Positions 50,901-64,000 of a stretch of 64,000 nucleotides of DNA are shown here, in pieces (the stretch's first letter is position 1; the number at the start of each line of letters is the position of its first letter). Source of the DNA: Phoronis australis (lineage: Eukaryota > Animalia > Phoronida). The notes below the pieces were generated by a model. It saw only the letters and a list, made by a program, of their open reading frames with translations, was not told the DNA's origin and searched no databases. The position numbers and the translations under genes are program-made. The stretch is from assembly GCA_002633005.1 (NCBI GenBank), contig NMRA01000565.1, positions 69,682-133,681 on the forward strand, in the 5' to 3' direction.

Positions 50901-53900
50901 ATCTTCTCCACTTAATCTATTCCTCAAATCTTAGCGATTAGAGTGCCTGTAGCTCAATGATTAAAAGTGATGAACTTGAATCGAAAGATTGTCTACCCTG
51001 CTATAGCTTGGTATTTAGCGGAACGGTCGGTAAATATCAACTTATCATTGTAAGACAAACACTTCATTCTACAATCTTATTTGCTCCAGATACGTATTAC
51101 AACAAACAGGGCGTGGAAACGATTCTACGATGGCCACACCTCCAAATTACAACAATTTACGATCCCCTAAACCGCAGTTCTGACCAACAAGTCCCAAACC
51201 TATGGAAAATTCTAAACTTGCACTCGAAAAGGCCACTTTTAAGGCCAGGGGATACTTTGATTTGCTGTTATAACGAATCAAACAAAAGTACAATTTTATA
51301 GTTGATCAAGACTTAGTGAGAGAGGATATAATTCTTTGGGAGTTTGCCACCATTTCCTATCATCATTTCGCGTTACTTTTTTGCCATCATCTGATCCTCT
51401 TCTCTGTGTGTGATAAGATCTCCTTGAGAAAGAATTAAGTTTCACGTACCGGTAGGCAAACTGTTGTTTACAGCTATATTTACTTTTTGTTGTCTTCAAC
51501 TACAGAAATTATATGAAATACACTGGGTGATTTAGAACAGGCACTAACAAAACACAAATGAATTACCAATTAGTGATTGCACACTAAGTTAATGTTAAGT
51601 AAAATAAATTGAAGAGTATTTATTTATAGGTACCCTGAGTACATGCATAGCTAGTTTCTCTTCTCTTAATGACGTAGCTTTAATGTGTTGGAGGGGTATT
51701 TTGGTACTGTCTTGGGACTGAAGTTCTCTATCTATTTCTCCTGGTTTTATCTCCACTGTCACTTATGAATCAGTCTCAGTCCCTAGATAAAGTAGTTGTA
51801 GGTCACAATCCCCACTATCACAACGAATAGAATAAAAGAGACATGCAGGGTACATACTACTTTACATGGGATTCTAGGAACTGAAGCAATACACAGTTAC
51901 GGCCATAAAAGTGACCTCAGCTGTCTAATTGACCTGTTCACTTCAATGTTGTTAACCAAGCATATGTGGAACGTTTGACTGAACATGTGTAGCCAAAACA
52001 TGGTCTGGGATCGAACACAATGATGATGGTTTCAAAACAATTCGCCCTAAATTGTCAAATGGATTTAGAGATTGCACTCTGCCATGACAAAAGAATAGTT
52101 TCTAAAATTGTGACATAAACGTATTTCTAAGCTGCAAGGTCACCTTGGTTAGCTTCAGTCTCATTTTGGGATGCTTATAAAGTGTACAGTAAGCTTGTTT
52201 AGAGTGTTTCTTTTAATACTTGTACGAAAATGGAGAATTAGTTTACTTTGGTTAAATTCAATGTAGTGACGATATTTAGTTTACACATTCAAATGAAAAA
52301 CTATAAAACATGAATAAACACGATTGCTTATTTAGGTTAATAATGTCTAAGATTCTCTTGACATTTGTTGCCAACTTTATTAAAGTCTGCCATTATGTTG
52401 TGTCTTGTTCTACTCACAGGTGTTCATTTAAATGGATGACATCAGTGACGTCTGCATAACCAACTTACACACGGACATACAATTGCGCAACTGGAATAGT
52501 TATCAATACATGATATAGCTGTAAAACTATATTATATCCACTATTACGAAAATATCATGACGTTCTGGAAAGTGCATGAATGAAACTGAAAGCTTGTATT
52601 AAATCACCAAAGCCTGTACATAATATCATTCATACACCACCTTCACATCAACTTATTATTTTGTAAAATCATAAATATTGGATGTAGAAAAAATTGATGT
52701 CATCCCATACAATGTTTTTTAGGTTATTTTTGTATATTTTAACGAGAAATCTTTAAATATTTTACAAAAATTCATTTATAGAGTGTACAGAATACTAGGA
52801 TGGGTATTAAGTTCCAATTTTTACTACTACTAGCAGTGATAATGAGGGGGTCGGTAAGTTGACACTTTCTAAGTTATAAACACAACAGCTGTTCGAGATC
52901 TGTACTGCTGTAGCTAGAGACCAGGCGAGTTTTTCTCATGGTAGGCTAGGCCCTTGCTGGTCCGGGACAGGGGATCGTACTAGAACTGAGGATGGCATGT
53001 GAGATCTTTTCCACCACCTTGATATTATAACTTTAGCACTTCCATTCACAGCGCAAAGCAAACAATCTCATCACAGCAAACACTGTACAAGTACCGTACG
53101 CCTACTTCCGAAATGTTCAAGTGAAAATTCAGATTAAGAGGGTCTATTTCTAATCTGGACGGTAGTCTTTATTACCTACCTGTTCACTCTTACACCGTGC
53201 GCGGCTTCATCAATAGCCAAGGCCTTTGTCATTGCCAAAATACCACCCTGGAAATGAAAGCAAACATGATGAGCAAGGGAAAAATATGGCATTTGAACGA
53301 TTAGAGCGATAGAAAAACAATATTTTGTAAAAAGACATCGAATTAAATCCGAGTACTCATTTATTTACAGTAAAGTGCTTCACAAAACTGATAATTTGTG
53401 TAACTTTTGTGGCACCCGTTGGTACAAACCTATCAGAGGACTAGCTGTGATGAAGCCAGTGCTGTTTTCAAAAGCAGAACAGCTTTAGCCTACATCTGTT
53501 GCTCATTGCAGAACATTCAGATGGCTGAAAAACTCTTCTTTTATTGTCATACCTTTGTAGTGACGTAGGTGACGGCGCCACACTGGCCCATAGTCCCAAC
53601 CAGGCTAGAGTCATTGATTATATTTCCTTTGCGCTTACGCAGGTGCGGTAAGGCGTACTGAAACACAACTGAGACACTTAACGACGATGAATTACCGTTT
53701 AGAAACAATTTAATCCTTCAAAATAAGCTATACAACGAGCTAATTATTTCTACTATTTTTGTTGTTTTGGGTCAATTTTTTGATGACGTGGCAAAAAACA
53801 AACTTGTTGTGAGAGTTCATACGCCATTTTAGCTGGTTTGGGGTTTCGAAAAGTTGGCGGTTGGTTGAAAGTACTGATCGAATGCATTTTTAGGGTCAAA

Positions 53901-56900
53901 AAAGTTCAACAGCAGTCAACTTGTTGCTTCTTCCAAGATGAAATGCAATTGTTTACTTTTTATCGTCGAGTATCGAGGGCCTTTGTGCGTACATACAGCA
54001 ATCACAAAACGAAACAATGAAATCAGTTTTCGAATAATCCGGAAGTGATAAAACCAACCGTTACTTGTAGAATACAGGTAACCCGAATGCTACTATAGTT
54101 TGAATACGCATTAAGGCGCCTACATAAAGCGTGCCAAAATTGTATAAAACCCTTAGACCTACTTTGCTGGTCAGAAAGTAACTGACGAGATTGATGTTTA
54201 ATAAATTCTTGAAATCCTCTCCACTGAAGTCGTCGATCATAGCAAACGGGGGATCTGAAAAAAACACGTAAGTAATATTTAACTGTCAGTTAATTTCAAA
54301 CCCAGAAATATATTCTCATCTGAGAAAGGGACAAACCATTTTATAGCGATAAGTGGTCTAAATTAAAAGTTCGCTTGTTACACGGAACCGCGTTTATAGA
54401 AGCTTTGAGTAGCAGTATCGAGCGGCTTGGTACATTTATTCACTATTATTCCACTGCGCGCTGTTTAACATTTCGTTTATAAGAAAAGGCGATGTCAAGG
54501 AAAGTATTTCTTGCGGAAATGACAGCAAAACACACACACCTAAGGAGGTCGAAATACTTCCTAAAGACCCCTCAGTGATTGACAACTGTAGAAACTCAAA
54601 GTGTTACTCATAGTTTAGTTGTCGACCTAATAGGTCCCAAGGCGAACCCTGCAATGTTGATTACAGTAATGTTTTTGTTGAAATATATTGAATGTTTTCA
54701 GGGGAGCAAAATTAACTTGGGTGCGCCTTTTGAGGATGTTTTGCAATTCAATATTGCGGATGCCGCCATTTTGCATTTCGGAAAATTTTCTTACTTTCAA
54801 CTTCATGACTTACAGGGTCAAGAAATACACCGTTTATCCAGTTTTGTGTGATGTGGAGTACATTTCTGATCTTATTTCATTGATGTGTAAATACATTACT
54901 GAATAAACAAGCAGGGACTAGGCAGAACAGCATCATCTTTTAAAGCTCCGACAAAAATCAGCAAAAGATCCATTTAATTTTGTTTAATTCATCTAAAGTG
55001 CCAAATAATTCTGACAAGAAGTTTACCCCAAGCTTGGCAGCGTTGAAATCTTCTACGTATGACAGCGTTTTCCCGTTCAGTGACTTTACCAGACGAAGGG
55101 GATTCTGGGCGTCTGATAACGTATAGCTTCTTTGTTAACTGCCACTCAATTCTTTTGTCTGTTATGACAACAGGCAGGCCAATTGTCTACCAGGCATCTT
55201 ACAGACCACGTGTGAACACCGTCAAACCCAGAGCGAATTGGTACATTCAGAAAGAATAGATTATCGAAACTTCGGTTGCAGTTGGGCGATTTTGGCGATT
55301 CAAAAATTAAACATGATCACCATTAGACGAGGATTTCAGAAATGCTATTAGTTAGTGTTCAAATATGTTATAACTTAACTTTTATTTTTAACAGCACAGC
55401 CCAGTTAGGTTGGTATGATCTTTTTGAAGATTGGAGCAATTATCGAACAAAAGAGAGCTGGCCCTCCAACCATGAATTCCAGAATGGAGTTAATCAGTGG
55501 TGTAAGATATTGGCTACAGAGGTAAACTTCGCAACTTGTTGTTGGGCTATAGAATCGAACAAGTTGGGAGCAACGGGAAAACGCCGTAATGGTATTGAGC
55601 ACCTTCCCGAGAATGCCAGAAAGATCTAATCAATGCTGCGCACATCTGTTTACATCCGGATGACGTACAAGATCGCAGAACAAGCCGACCAATTCGAAGA
55701 ACGGACAGAAATCAAACGGGTAATTCAGGGTCTAGGAAGGCCATTTTAACAAGAGCTGAGCAAGAGGCCGAGTGGTTAAATCGCGACATTCTGCGAGATA
55801 TCGCAGTGTATTTTCGATGAAAACATGTGACTTAGGCTGCATTATTCTCCGTCGCTGAGAGACAGTTACTGACCTCGACCCATCAGGATACATGAGAGAC
55901 TCCTATGGAGAATAACATTGCTTGGACAAAAGGGCCTTTATTATTAATTCGATAGGTGATTACTCGAACAAAACATAAGCAAATATTAGCAAGGGCCTTT
56001 AATTCTTGAAGATAGCAGTGGCCCCTGGCGATAACTTCAATGAGACCGGAGTTTACCGTTCACACAGCACCGCAGCGTAGACGATCCGACGTTAAATCCA
56101 CCTGTTTACTGCGAAGTTAACTGGCGCTCTTAACTTAGATCAAGTAAACCGTTCATACTGAACGCAAATCCCCAAAACATTGACGTTTCGACGTTTGTAT
56201 GGACTGGGTCTAATTATGAAATACTATGGAGTCCAGTGTCCGGGAATTAATTAATGTACATTCAAATTTAATTATAAGGACCCTCAAGGGTTTTCAATCT
56301 GTACAGTGCATCTCGATCAAATAGCGAATATTCGTGTTGTCCAATAGATCTCGCGTAGACAACGAAGCATATTGAATTTTGAAAGTAAATCGATGTTAAT
56401 TGGATTAGTTCACCAGCGCGACAAGTCATGAATGCATAGGTTGATGTATGCTTTGTTCAATATTTATGAGAGTCTCAATATTGCAACTTCATTTATTGAG
56501 ATTTTGGTATCAAAGATAGGGTTCCAGTAGTTGATATTTGATATACTAACATAACCTGAATAATAAAACAGAACAAGGCTGAGATCCTAGGCCTTTATGT
56601 AGCATGTATAATTTGCACGCGTAGTCTTCATATAACTGTACTGAATACACATCTTCTTACTCATAAAGAAACGTAATATTATCTTCGTTCGCTTATTCAG
56701 AATTTGAGAGGATATCTAATTCCAATATTAAGCGATCCCCTCTCCTTAATATTTTTTACCTCGGAGACAATCAAAATATGTTGATTTATCATTTCCCATG
56801 CGTTCAAGATTTCGTTCGCCAAAAGAGAATGGGTTTCCTTATTCAGTTCAAATTGACTTTGACCTCTTATCTGACCATCAGTTTGACACTGTCTTCATAA

Positions 56901-59346
56901 AACAATACCAGAAATGGACACTACGTCCCACAAAACATTAGAAACGACACATTGCAAGATTTTAAGATCCTTCCTATAACCCATCATGTTCAGAGGATGG
57001 AAATTGGGCGAAATTCAAGATGGCGACATCCACCATCTTGAATAATAAAAATGCTCAAGGTTGTACCAAGTTAATTTTACTCTCCTAATCAATTGTAGTA
57101 AATTTCTAAAACAAAACTAGACACTAGACAATATTGCAGGGTTAACGTTTTGGCAACTAGACTATTAGCTTTTTGCTTATAAGGCAGTAAAAAATTCGTG
57201 GATGCAATTTGAACTGTCTGTATATTAACATTAGACCTATCTCAATGAATCATTTAAACGGAAAACAGGTCAACCAATAGCAGGGTTGTTGGCTCAAGGA
57301 AATAAAATTTTGCATAAGAACCATGTATTCAGGGGCTCTCATACTTACGTATTCCAGCGTTGTTGATCAAGCAATCAATTCCTCCGTATCTGTCCACTGT
57401 GGTGTCAATCAGATTCTATGAACAAAAATTCGAAAACAGTTTGTGAAATAAAGTCCTCTGTGTATTGCCAAAATGTTTTGAAATTTCATTGAGCGTTTGT
57501 TCATGACAACCGCACTACATAATCAATTAAAATTGTCTTCTAGCTGATTCTTCTTGATTTTTTTGATAAAATAAGATTTTACTGTGTGGCACGATTATCG
57601 TGGACCGTTCCGGGGGAAGTGTCGTTCGTAATTACGCTCGTAATCACGATCGAGACTCCGTTCGTGTTTTACGACCGTAATCATTATATCTAATGAGAAT
57701 ATTATTAGGTTTGTAGGTCACGTGATCTCTGAAGAAGCTGTATGCTCGTAATTTTACTCTCGTAAAATTTGCTAGGCATCGTCATGTCAAACCTAACACC
57801 CAATGATTGTCCAGCGTTTTCCCGAATCGAACGCCGGAAAATTGGGATACAAAAAAGAGCGGTCCCGGATTACAAGGCGATAGAACTGTCCTTTGTCCCG
57901 GAGATAAGAAAGCGCGTGTCCTAGTTTTGGAAATCAGGTACATTTTTGTATCTCTCATTGATGTCATGAAGTCTAAGAATCTCGGACAACAGATGCACGA
58001 GAATTTGTGCAGCTTATCAAACTTTTTCACGTCGGAGCTACACAGCCCAAAACACAGCAGTAATACTTCGTTGGCATTGAAAGGACGAATAGAGTAATGC
58101 AACAGAGAAAAAGCAGACAACAACAAAGAACATGTGAAACTCCACTGGCAAGAAGACGTGGCAGCAAATGTGCCTGGCGGATGTTTACGACATTGTGGGT
58201 AAATACAGCGAGATTCGAGTGCCGCTGCGTATTCCGGGATAGCCCTTGATATGCTTTATCCTTGACCACACACTGCGTTAACCGCTTATTTAATAGTCCA
58301 GTCATTTTAGGGCTCCAGACGGCCCAACCTAGAAAAAATTGCAACAGAAGGTTTTTTTTTGCCTACATGGCATCTTCAAACATCCTTTGGTGTCAGAAAA
58401 AAATCTACCGAAATCGGAGTGGCGGAAGTCGGTTTTTCAAGATGGCGGCCAAAATGGCCGACAAAACCGGTGATTACTGTTTTCTGGCATATTACTCTTA
58501 TGTAACAGCTAAAAATAAAGCTACAAGTCGTAAACGACTTTTGAGCTCGAAAAGACGAGTCAGCACTCCTGTCGACACACTGCGATTAAATCATGTTGGA
58601 CAATTGTTGACTAAGTTGCGAACGACTTATCCGAATGTGTAGTCGGACAAGAGCGACAGAAGATTTCCAAAAGATCTCCTTTAAATTGGTCGGCTTTCTT
58701 TCGGAAATCCCAGGTGCATGACAAATCATATACATTTTAGGCCGAGAAGTCGTGTCGACCACATCAGTGCCTTCGATGAAGCGATATACGAGAGTCATTT
58801 ACAAAGTCGTTTACAATCAGTGCCGGAATAAGGTTTCTCTGTCCCTTAACTAAACATATCTGGGCGTTCCCACTTAATGGTCGCCAGAGTTAGGCGTACT
58901 CCTCAGGTCACGACACTTTACACACTTCTCCCGGACGCCACAATTTTCACCCCCTTACCTCGTCCAGTCGCCGGAATGATGTTCCAGCTATTCTGGTCTA
59001 CATAATTTTCATTCGCGAATCGCGACTGTCCCAAAACCGTTGAGTGGTCTCTGTGACGGATCTCTATTTTGTGAGGGTTGTATCTTTATTTAGCTTAGTG
59101 GCTTATCCGGTAACGTATTAAATTAATTGGAGTGTGTGCAGTGAGGGCTCTCGGCCGCCATCAATGTGCCCAGCAGCTCAAATTCAAGGTGTCCGAAGTT
59201 GGCATTTGGGTCTATACTTATAGGCTTGTGCCAAGGTCTACGCAATACCTTGATATCTTCCTCACTGGCCATGTCACACTTGACAAAGAACGCTTCACCG
59301 GGGCCATCACGGTTTACCTCTTCTTGCACCAACACACCCTCTTTCT
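47988..59346 (-). CDS. HSD17B14: 17-beta-hydroxysteroid dehydrogenase 14-like SDR, 5'-partial (last 7 exons)
   Basis: Exons 59249-59346, 57349-57415, 54163-54254, 53553-53657, 53180-53247, 48700-48796, 47988-48149. They give CDMASEEDIK, IDCLINNAG, GNIINDSSLVG, catalytic YVTTK, TKALAIDEA.HGVRVN, ISPGNI.T..W and FLAADATFCTG...TGGAELDYG, the last diagnostic for HSD17B14. The TGxxxGIG exon was not found in the window. Confidence 0.92.
55062..55587. mobile_element. MITE with GCGTTTTCCCGTT / AACGGGAAAACGC inverted termini
   Basis: 13-bp perfect inverted repeat at 55065-55077 and 55572-55584; second copy at ~38505-39000. Confidence 0.8.
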
Positions 59347-59814
59347 CTGAAAAAGCCTCAAACGTCACTCTAAAAAGGGTATAAATACAATAATTCCAAA
59401 TTCTCAAAGTATTGGATTCGTGCCAGTGTTTAATTGTTTGATCTTGAGGATGAATGTATACACGTAACCCAAAGGTTGAACTCTAATCAAAAGATTAATA
59501 TTTGCAACCCAGCTACCGACGCTGTATTCCTGTACGTAATGTGAAGCACCATTAAAGCAAGGTCCCCATTAAGTTGCAGGAGTGGAAGTTGCAGCGTCGT
59601 CGCAGGTTCCCACAACTGTTGTTCAGGGAACAACAGCTTGCTGGCAGCAAAAAGAACTTAACGGCTACACTCTTGTACCAAATTTTATAATAATCCGACT
59701 GCCGCTTTTTGAGACATCGAGAGGACACCCAGACGGGATGATCATAATATGCGACCACACGCAAGCACGCGCGCGCGAGCACACAGATATGCGTGGACGC
59801 TCTGCTGTTAGATC

Positions 59815-60074
59815 CAGGGGCGGATACAGGATTTTGAGTTGGGGGTGGNCAGAATTTCGGCAGATGCGCGCGGGGATGCAGGGTCTCGAATTTCTGTGTT
59901 TGCGGACCTTTTGACAAAAAAGGTAAATGGGGTTTGTCCGGGTCCTATGCATTGTTTATTCACGCCCTGGTTGCGCGCGTGTGCTAGTCAGCAATTCGCA
60001 CCCGAACTCCCAAATAGTATCAGGTAGAATTTTAGGAGGACCATGGCCCCCTTGCCCCCCAAAATCCGCCACTG
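59815..60074 (+). mobile_element. CAG(G/T)GGCGGAT-ended MITE copy
   Basis: CAGGGGCGGATACAGGATTTTGAG ... AAAATCCGCCACTG. Confidence 0.8.
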
Positions 60075-60898
60075 AAATCTACCTGCTTGCTGCAAAGTTA
60101 ACTTGCGCTTTTTACCTCGATCCAGAACCGTTCATACTTGACCGACAATGCCAGAAGCATGACACGTCGACGTTGGTGCGAAAGGGAGAGAAGGGACGAG
60201 ATTCGCGCACAAAGGCAATATGAAATCGGGTATAAACAACTTGCAATCGTCCTACACCTTGGCCCACAAAATTCGTTGGTAACGAAAGCAAAACCACGGT
60301 TTTTCGATGAACGTGAGACACTTGCAGTGCAGATCAACGATTTGTAGAGAACGAAGAAGGGAAATGCTCTGTGGAACATACAAGCATGACCTCATGATCA
60401 ACTAGTCTTGCACCCAGCCTCTAATTTAGCATTAGGCCTACAATCTGGTGGTCAACTAGAGACAAAACGATTTGGTCAGATTTTTGACCGCCATACTAAG
60501 CTACGTATCTCAACATTTTAAATTATCCCCATTTTCTGTTAACTATCTTAGAAAAATGTTCATTTAATTACATGTACTGATAAATGATTTCATTTACTCG
60601 GTATTCCTTTTTGCAATAAAAAATTAGAACCTTCATGAAATGCCACAGCCACCAAACTGTAATGCTACTAGAGGTTACATGCGAGACACGTATACGTGAT
60701 TAGCCGAATATACGCACGGGAATATACGTCAGAATATACATTGTACTTGACATCCAATTCGGGATTATTTTTTGACATTCTCCAGCGTTTTGCGTTTCTA
60801 TGCGAATTAAACTGAGATAAATGTGTATTGCTGTGTGCTCGAATATATTATGGATCACGCAGATTAGCGCCCAGTGAAGGTTTATAAACTTGAATAAC

Positions 60899-61208
60899 CA
60901 GTGGCGGATTTCTGGGGGGCCAAGGGGCCCATGGCCCCCCTAAAGTTCTACCAGATACCATTTGGAAGTTCGGGTTCGAATTGCTGACTAGCAAATGCGC
61001 GCAACTAAGGAGGCTCGGGGGGTTAATAAACAATTCATAGTCCCTGAACAAACCCCTTTTTCCTTTTCTTTTATTAGTGAACAGGTCCGTAAACTAAAAA
61101 AATCGAGACCCCTATATCCCCACATTTTAGGCTGGGCCCGCATCTGCGGAAATTTTGGTTATTCCTTTGCCCTGCCCCCCATAACTCAAAATCCTGGATC
61201 CGCCCCTG
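60899..61208 (-). mobile_element. CAG(G/T)GGCGGAT-ended MITE copy (inverted relative to 59815-60074)
   Basis: CAGTGGCGGATTT ... CTCAAAATCCTGGATCCGCCCCTG. Confidence 0.8.
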
Positions 61209-62357
61209 AGGCCACCCCCTCCCCTTGGCTGACGCAAGCAAAATGAAACAGCTACAGTGTCTTAACGTGAATAATAAACTTACAAGGAAGTCACGCATTT
61301 CTAAAGATATGCGGGAATTTTCACCGGTCGTTCTTCTGAGCGAGCGCGGCGCCGGTGTCAGGTACAATTATGATGACCGCATTGCCCGATGCGAGCAAGA
61401 CCCAATTAAGTGTAATTACCCGACCGTAAACTGTATTAAACATATCTAGCTGTAAATGATGGCGAATTTTCAAAATGCATTAACCACTAATTTTCGTTAA
61501 AAACGAAAACCACGGCGGTATTCAGCTGGGAAAAAACAACCAAGTACGTACGGTTTTCGATTTTTAAAAATCGATGAACTAATAATCCAAAAACTACAAC
61601 CATTGATACGATTGAAGATAAACTACCGCGTGTATTGATATACTCGGTGGATATACAAACGCTGATCAGAGTTAACAATATCACATGGATTCATTTTTTA
61701 ATTTTCTTAACCAGATTTTTGACCAGGAAACAGTTGTACTTAACTTGTGCTCACTTTTAATTTTTTTATTACTGACAAAGAACTAGAATAGTTATATAGT
61801 CAGCGCCACCAAAATTGTCCAGAGATTCTAAGTCTTCAGTTTGGTTATCACCATATTTGTACTTTTGTATCTGTTTTATGATTTGAGTTCTAATAAAGAT
61901 TAAACTTTAATGAAATGTTTAGTGTACCTGTAATGTGGAAAGTTCAGGGGTGGGCTCATTCACAATGAGCTTAACTAATTAAGTTTTGCTGGCGATCAAA
62001 ATCTACCACTGTTTTGCTACTTTAAGTTTAAAATTTAGATAAGAAGTTATCAACCCGTTCCCGGTAATAAAAACAAGTGGGCAGAAGCATCAGAAATTAA
62101 ATAACGAAAACCAATATGAGTGAAACATATCGTTCTTTTGAAAAGTGGCCCTTTGTGAAGATAAACACAAGTTAACCTTTTTAGGCATATTGTAATATTT
62201 ATAATGTACCGAGTTAAAACTACTCTCCGGAGTTGCAGGCTGTAACTCTGCAAATGTCAGAGGAAACCAAATTGGGGGTACTAACAACAACCATTGTTGA
62301 GACAGTGAAGCGTGAGGTGAAGCGTGAGGAAATATTGAGTTCAGAAAGTAGGACCTG

Positions 62358-62525
62358 TAGTGGCGGAAATCGTGTTCCCGATTTTTTTTTAGTCCACCGA
62401 TAGTTTCTGAACAGAAGGTCCACATCCCCGGCCCCCGCAACGTTCGGGCCCCCAGTGCACATACACTCGCGCTTTGCCCAATTCCCCGAGGCAACATGTT
62501 GGCCCCCATCCTACATCCGCCACTG
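62358..62525. mobile_element. Related AGTGGCGGA-ended MITE copy
   Basis: TAGTGGCGGA ... ATCCGCCACTG termini with GGCCCC internal motifs. Confidence 0.55.
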
Positions 62526-63000
62526 GTTTAGCCCCGCCAGACACGCCCAAATACCCGAGTTGAGCTAGATCAATTCACTAGGTAACCGTTCGAAACCAAT
62601 TGCACGATGTTCAGCGTCACTGTACAGGGTACAACAGTTAGGTGCCATACAATTTCAGGGTGGGGTGCCCTTGCCAGTCGATTATCAAAAAGGGTTAAAA
62701 ATTGAGCTAGATGAACCCAAGAGGTAATCGCTTAAAACCAGTTGCAAAATATTCATCGTAAGCCCAGGTAGCACGAATAAACACTGCTAGACAAATCTAG
62801 TGGTGGGTTAGCCCTACCATGAGACAAGCCCAAATACCTGAGTTGAGCTAGATCAACGCCACTAGGTAACCGTTTGAAACCAATTGCACGATGCTCAGCA
62901 ACACTGCACATGGCATAACAATAAGATGCCAGACAATTTCAGCGGTGTGGTGCCCCTGTCAGACGACTAAAGGAAGGGATGAAATTTGAGGTAAATCGAG
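62524..63000. repeat. Diverged ~285-bp direct repeat, ~1.7 copies
   Basis: GCCCAAATACC.GAGTTGAGCTAGATCAA...CACTAGGTAACCGTT.GAAACCAATTGCACGATG at ~62545 and ~62828. Confidence 0.8.
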
Positions 63001-63167
63001 CAACATTCTGCATGCAACAAAAGGTACCTTACAGACATTTCTAGCCGTGAGGCAGTAGCATTCAGAGGTTTGGTCGATGCAGGGGCGACTTTTTATTAGA
63101 CGCCTCTCTCTCAACTCAAATGCATATATCCTAGTCAGGCCCGTAGCCAGCTATGAGAAGGGGTGGT

Positions 63168-63315
63168 CAGTGGCGGATTTAGAGGGGGCCATGCCCCCCC
63201 TAAAACTCTCCCAGATTCCGTTTGGCAATTGGGGGGTTCGAATATCTGACGAGCAAAATCCTGGCAAATACTCTGCCCTGCCCCCCCCTAACTAAAAATC
63301 CTGGATCCGCCCCTG
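63168..63315 (-). mobile_element. CAG(G/T)GGCGGAT-ended MITE copy
   Basis: CAGTGGCGGATTTAGAGGGGGCC ... AAAATCCTGGATCCGCCCCTG. Confidence 0.8.
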
Positions 63316-64000
63316 GTAACAGCTCCAAATTTCGAATCCAGACTCAAACTTACAGCTTACATGCTGGGGGGGGGGGGNNGGGGGGGGGGGGAGCAAAGGG
63401 TATAGACAGTAGTCCACGTAAACCAGATAGTGCGCTAGCACAAAATAATACACACTTAACTTGAGTTCACACAAAACTAGAACAGAAAATATCGCAAAGT
63501 TTAAAACCCGAAACTGGGTGTGAATTGCAACATACGCTATGAGTACGATTCCCCAAACAATTTGGAATAGAGGTCAAGAATCAGTAACACCAGTTCCAAT
63601 TGCGCAGTTCTTGGAGAAGTGGGAAGATTTCCAATACATGTTAATTACTTTATAAAATGTATCAAGTATTGGTAAAAAATATTAGACATGTCAAGTGATA
63701 GGCTTCCGAAAGAATCGTGCGAACTGTTGAGAGTACATGTATACGACGAACGTGGAAGAACAACTTGGTCGACTCACATAAGATATTTGCCATGTAAATA
63801 TTGATTTGGGTGTGCCTGGACTCAGCAAGGGGTAGGTGATTATGTGATTTTTCTGTCTGAATTTTAGCAAAAGATGAAGGATTGTGTATTTCAAGAATGG
63901 GAATGTATAGTCGATTTTAATGGTAAAATAACTTTGTATGTTGACGTTTTTCTAGATTCTGCATTGCACAATACCTAGACGTGATGGAAAATGAAAGTTT

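Noticed and set aside
60080-60116. Possible HSD17B14 short exon (KAQVNFAAS)
   Set aside because: No proper polypyrimidine acceptor, wrong length and phase.

Overview
Eukaryotic, AT-rich, intron-rich animal DNA; a bilaterian invertebrate is inferred, but the species cannot be read from the sequence. Four protein-coding genes were reconstructed by hand. (1) A single-coding-exon secreted LRR+Ig protein (+, 1996-3783). (2) A complete CEP164 orthologue (-, 35756-4103) of 34 phase-consistent coding exons, ~1465 aa, plus a candidate 9-nt microexon; its last intron is a U12-type minor intron. (3) A 6-exon, 209-aa four-TM protein of LAPTM/pasiflora-like type (+, 39950-46314). (4) The last seven exons of HSD17B14 (-, 59346-47988); the 5' exons were not found. 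Introns hold a CR1/L2-type LINE remnant, a Penelope-like remnant with a hammerhead core, a tRNA-derived SINE head, several MITEs and two inverted Helentron/HINE-like elements whose ~150-bp core repeats each carry a CTCF-like motif. The most unusual pattern is that about ten CEP164 introns carry independent tandem or degenerate repeats anchored at the splice junction, several copying the donor site itself. No prokaryotic features or CRISPR arrays. All exon calls come from manual reading without RNA evidence.
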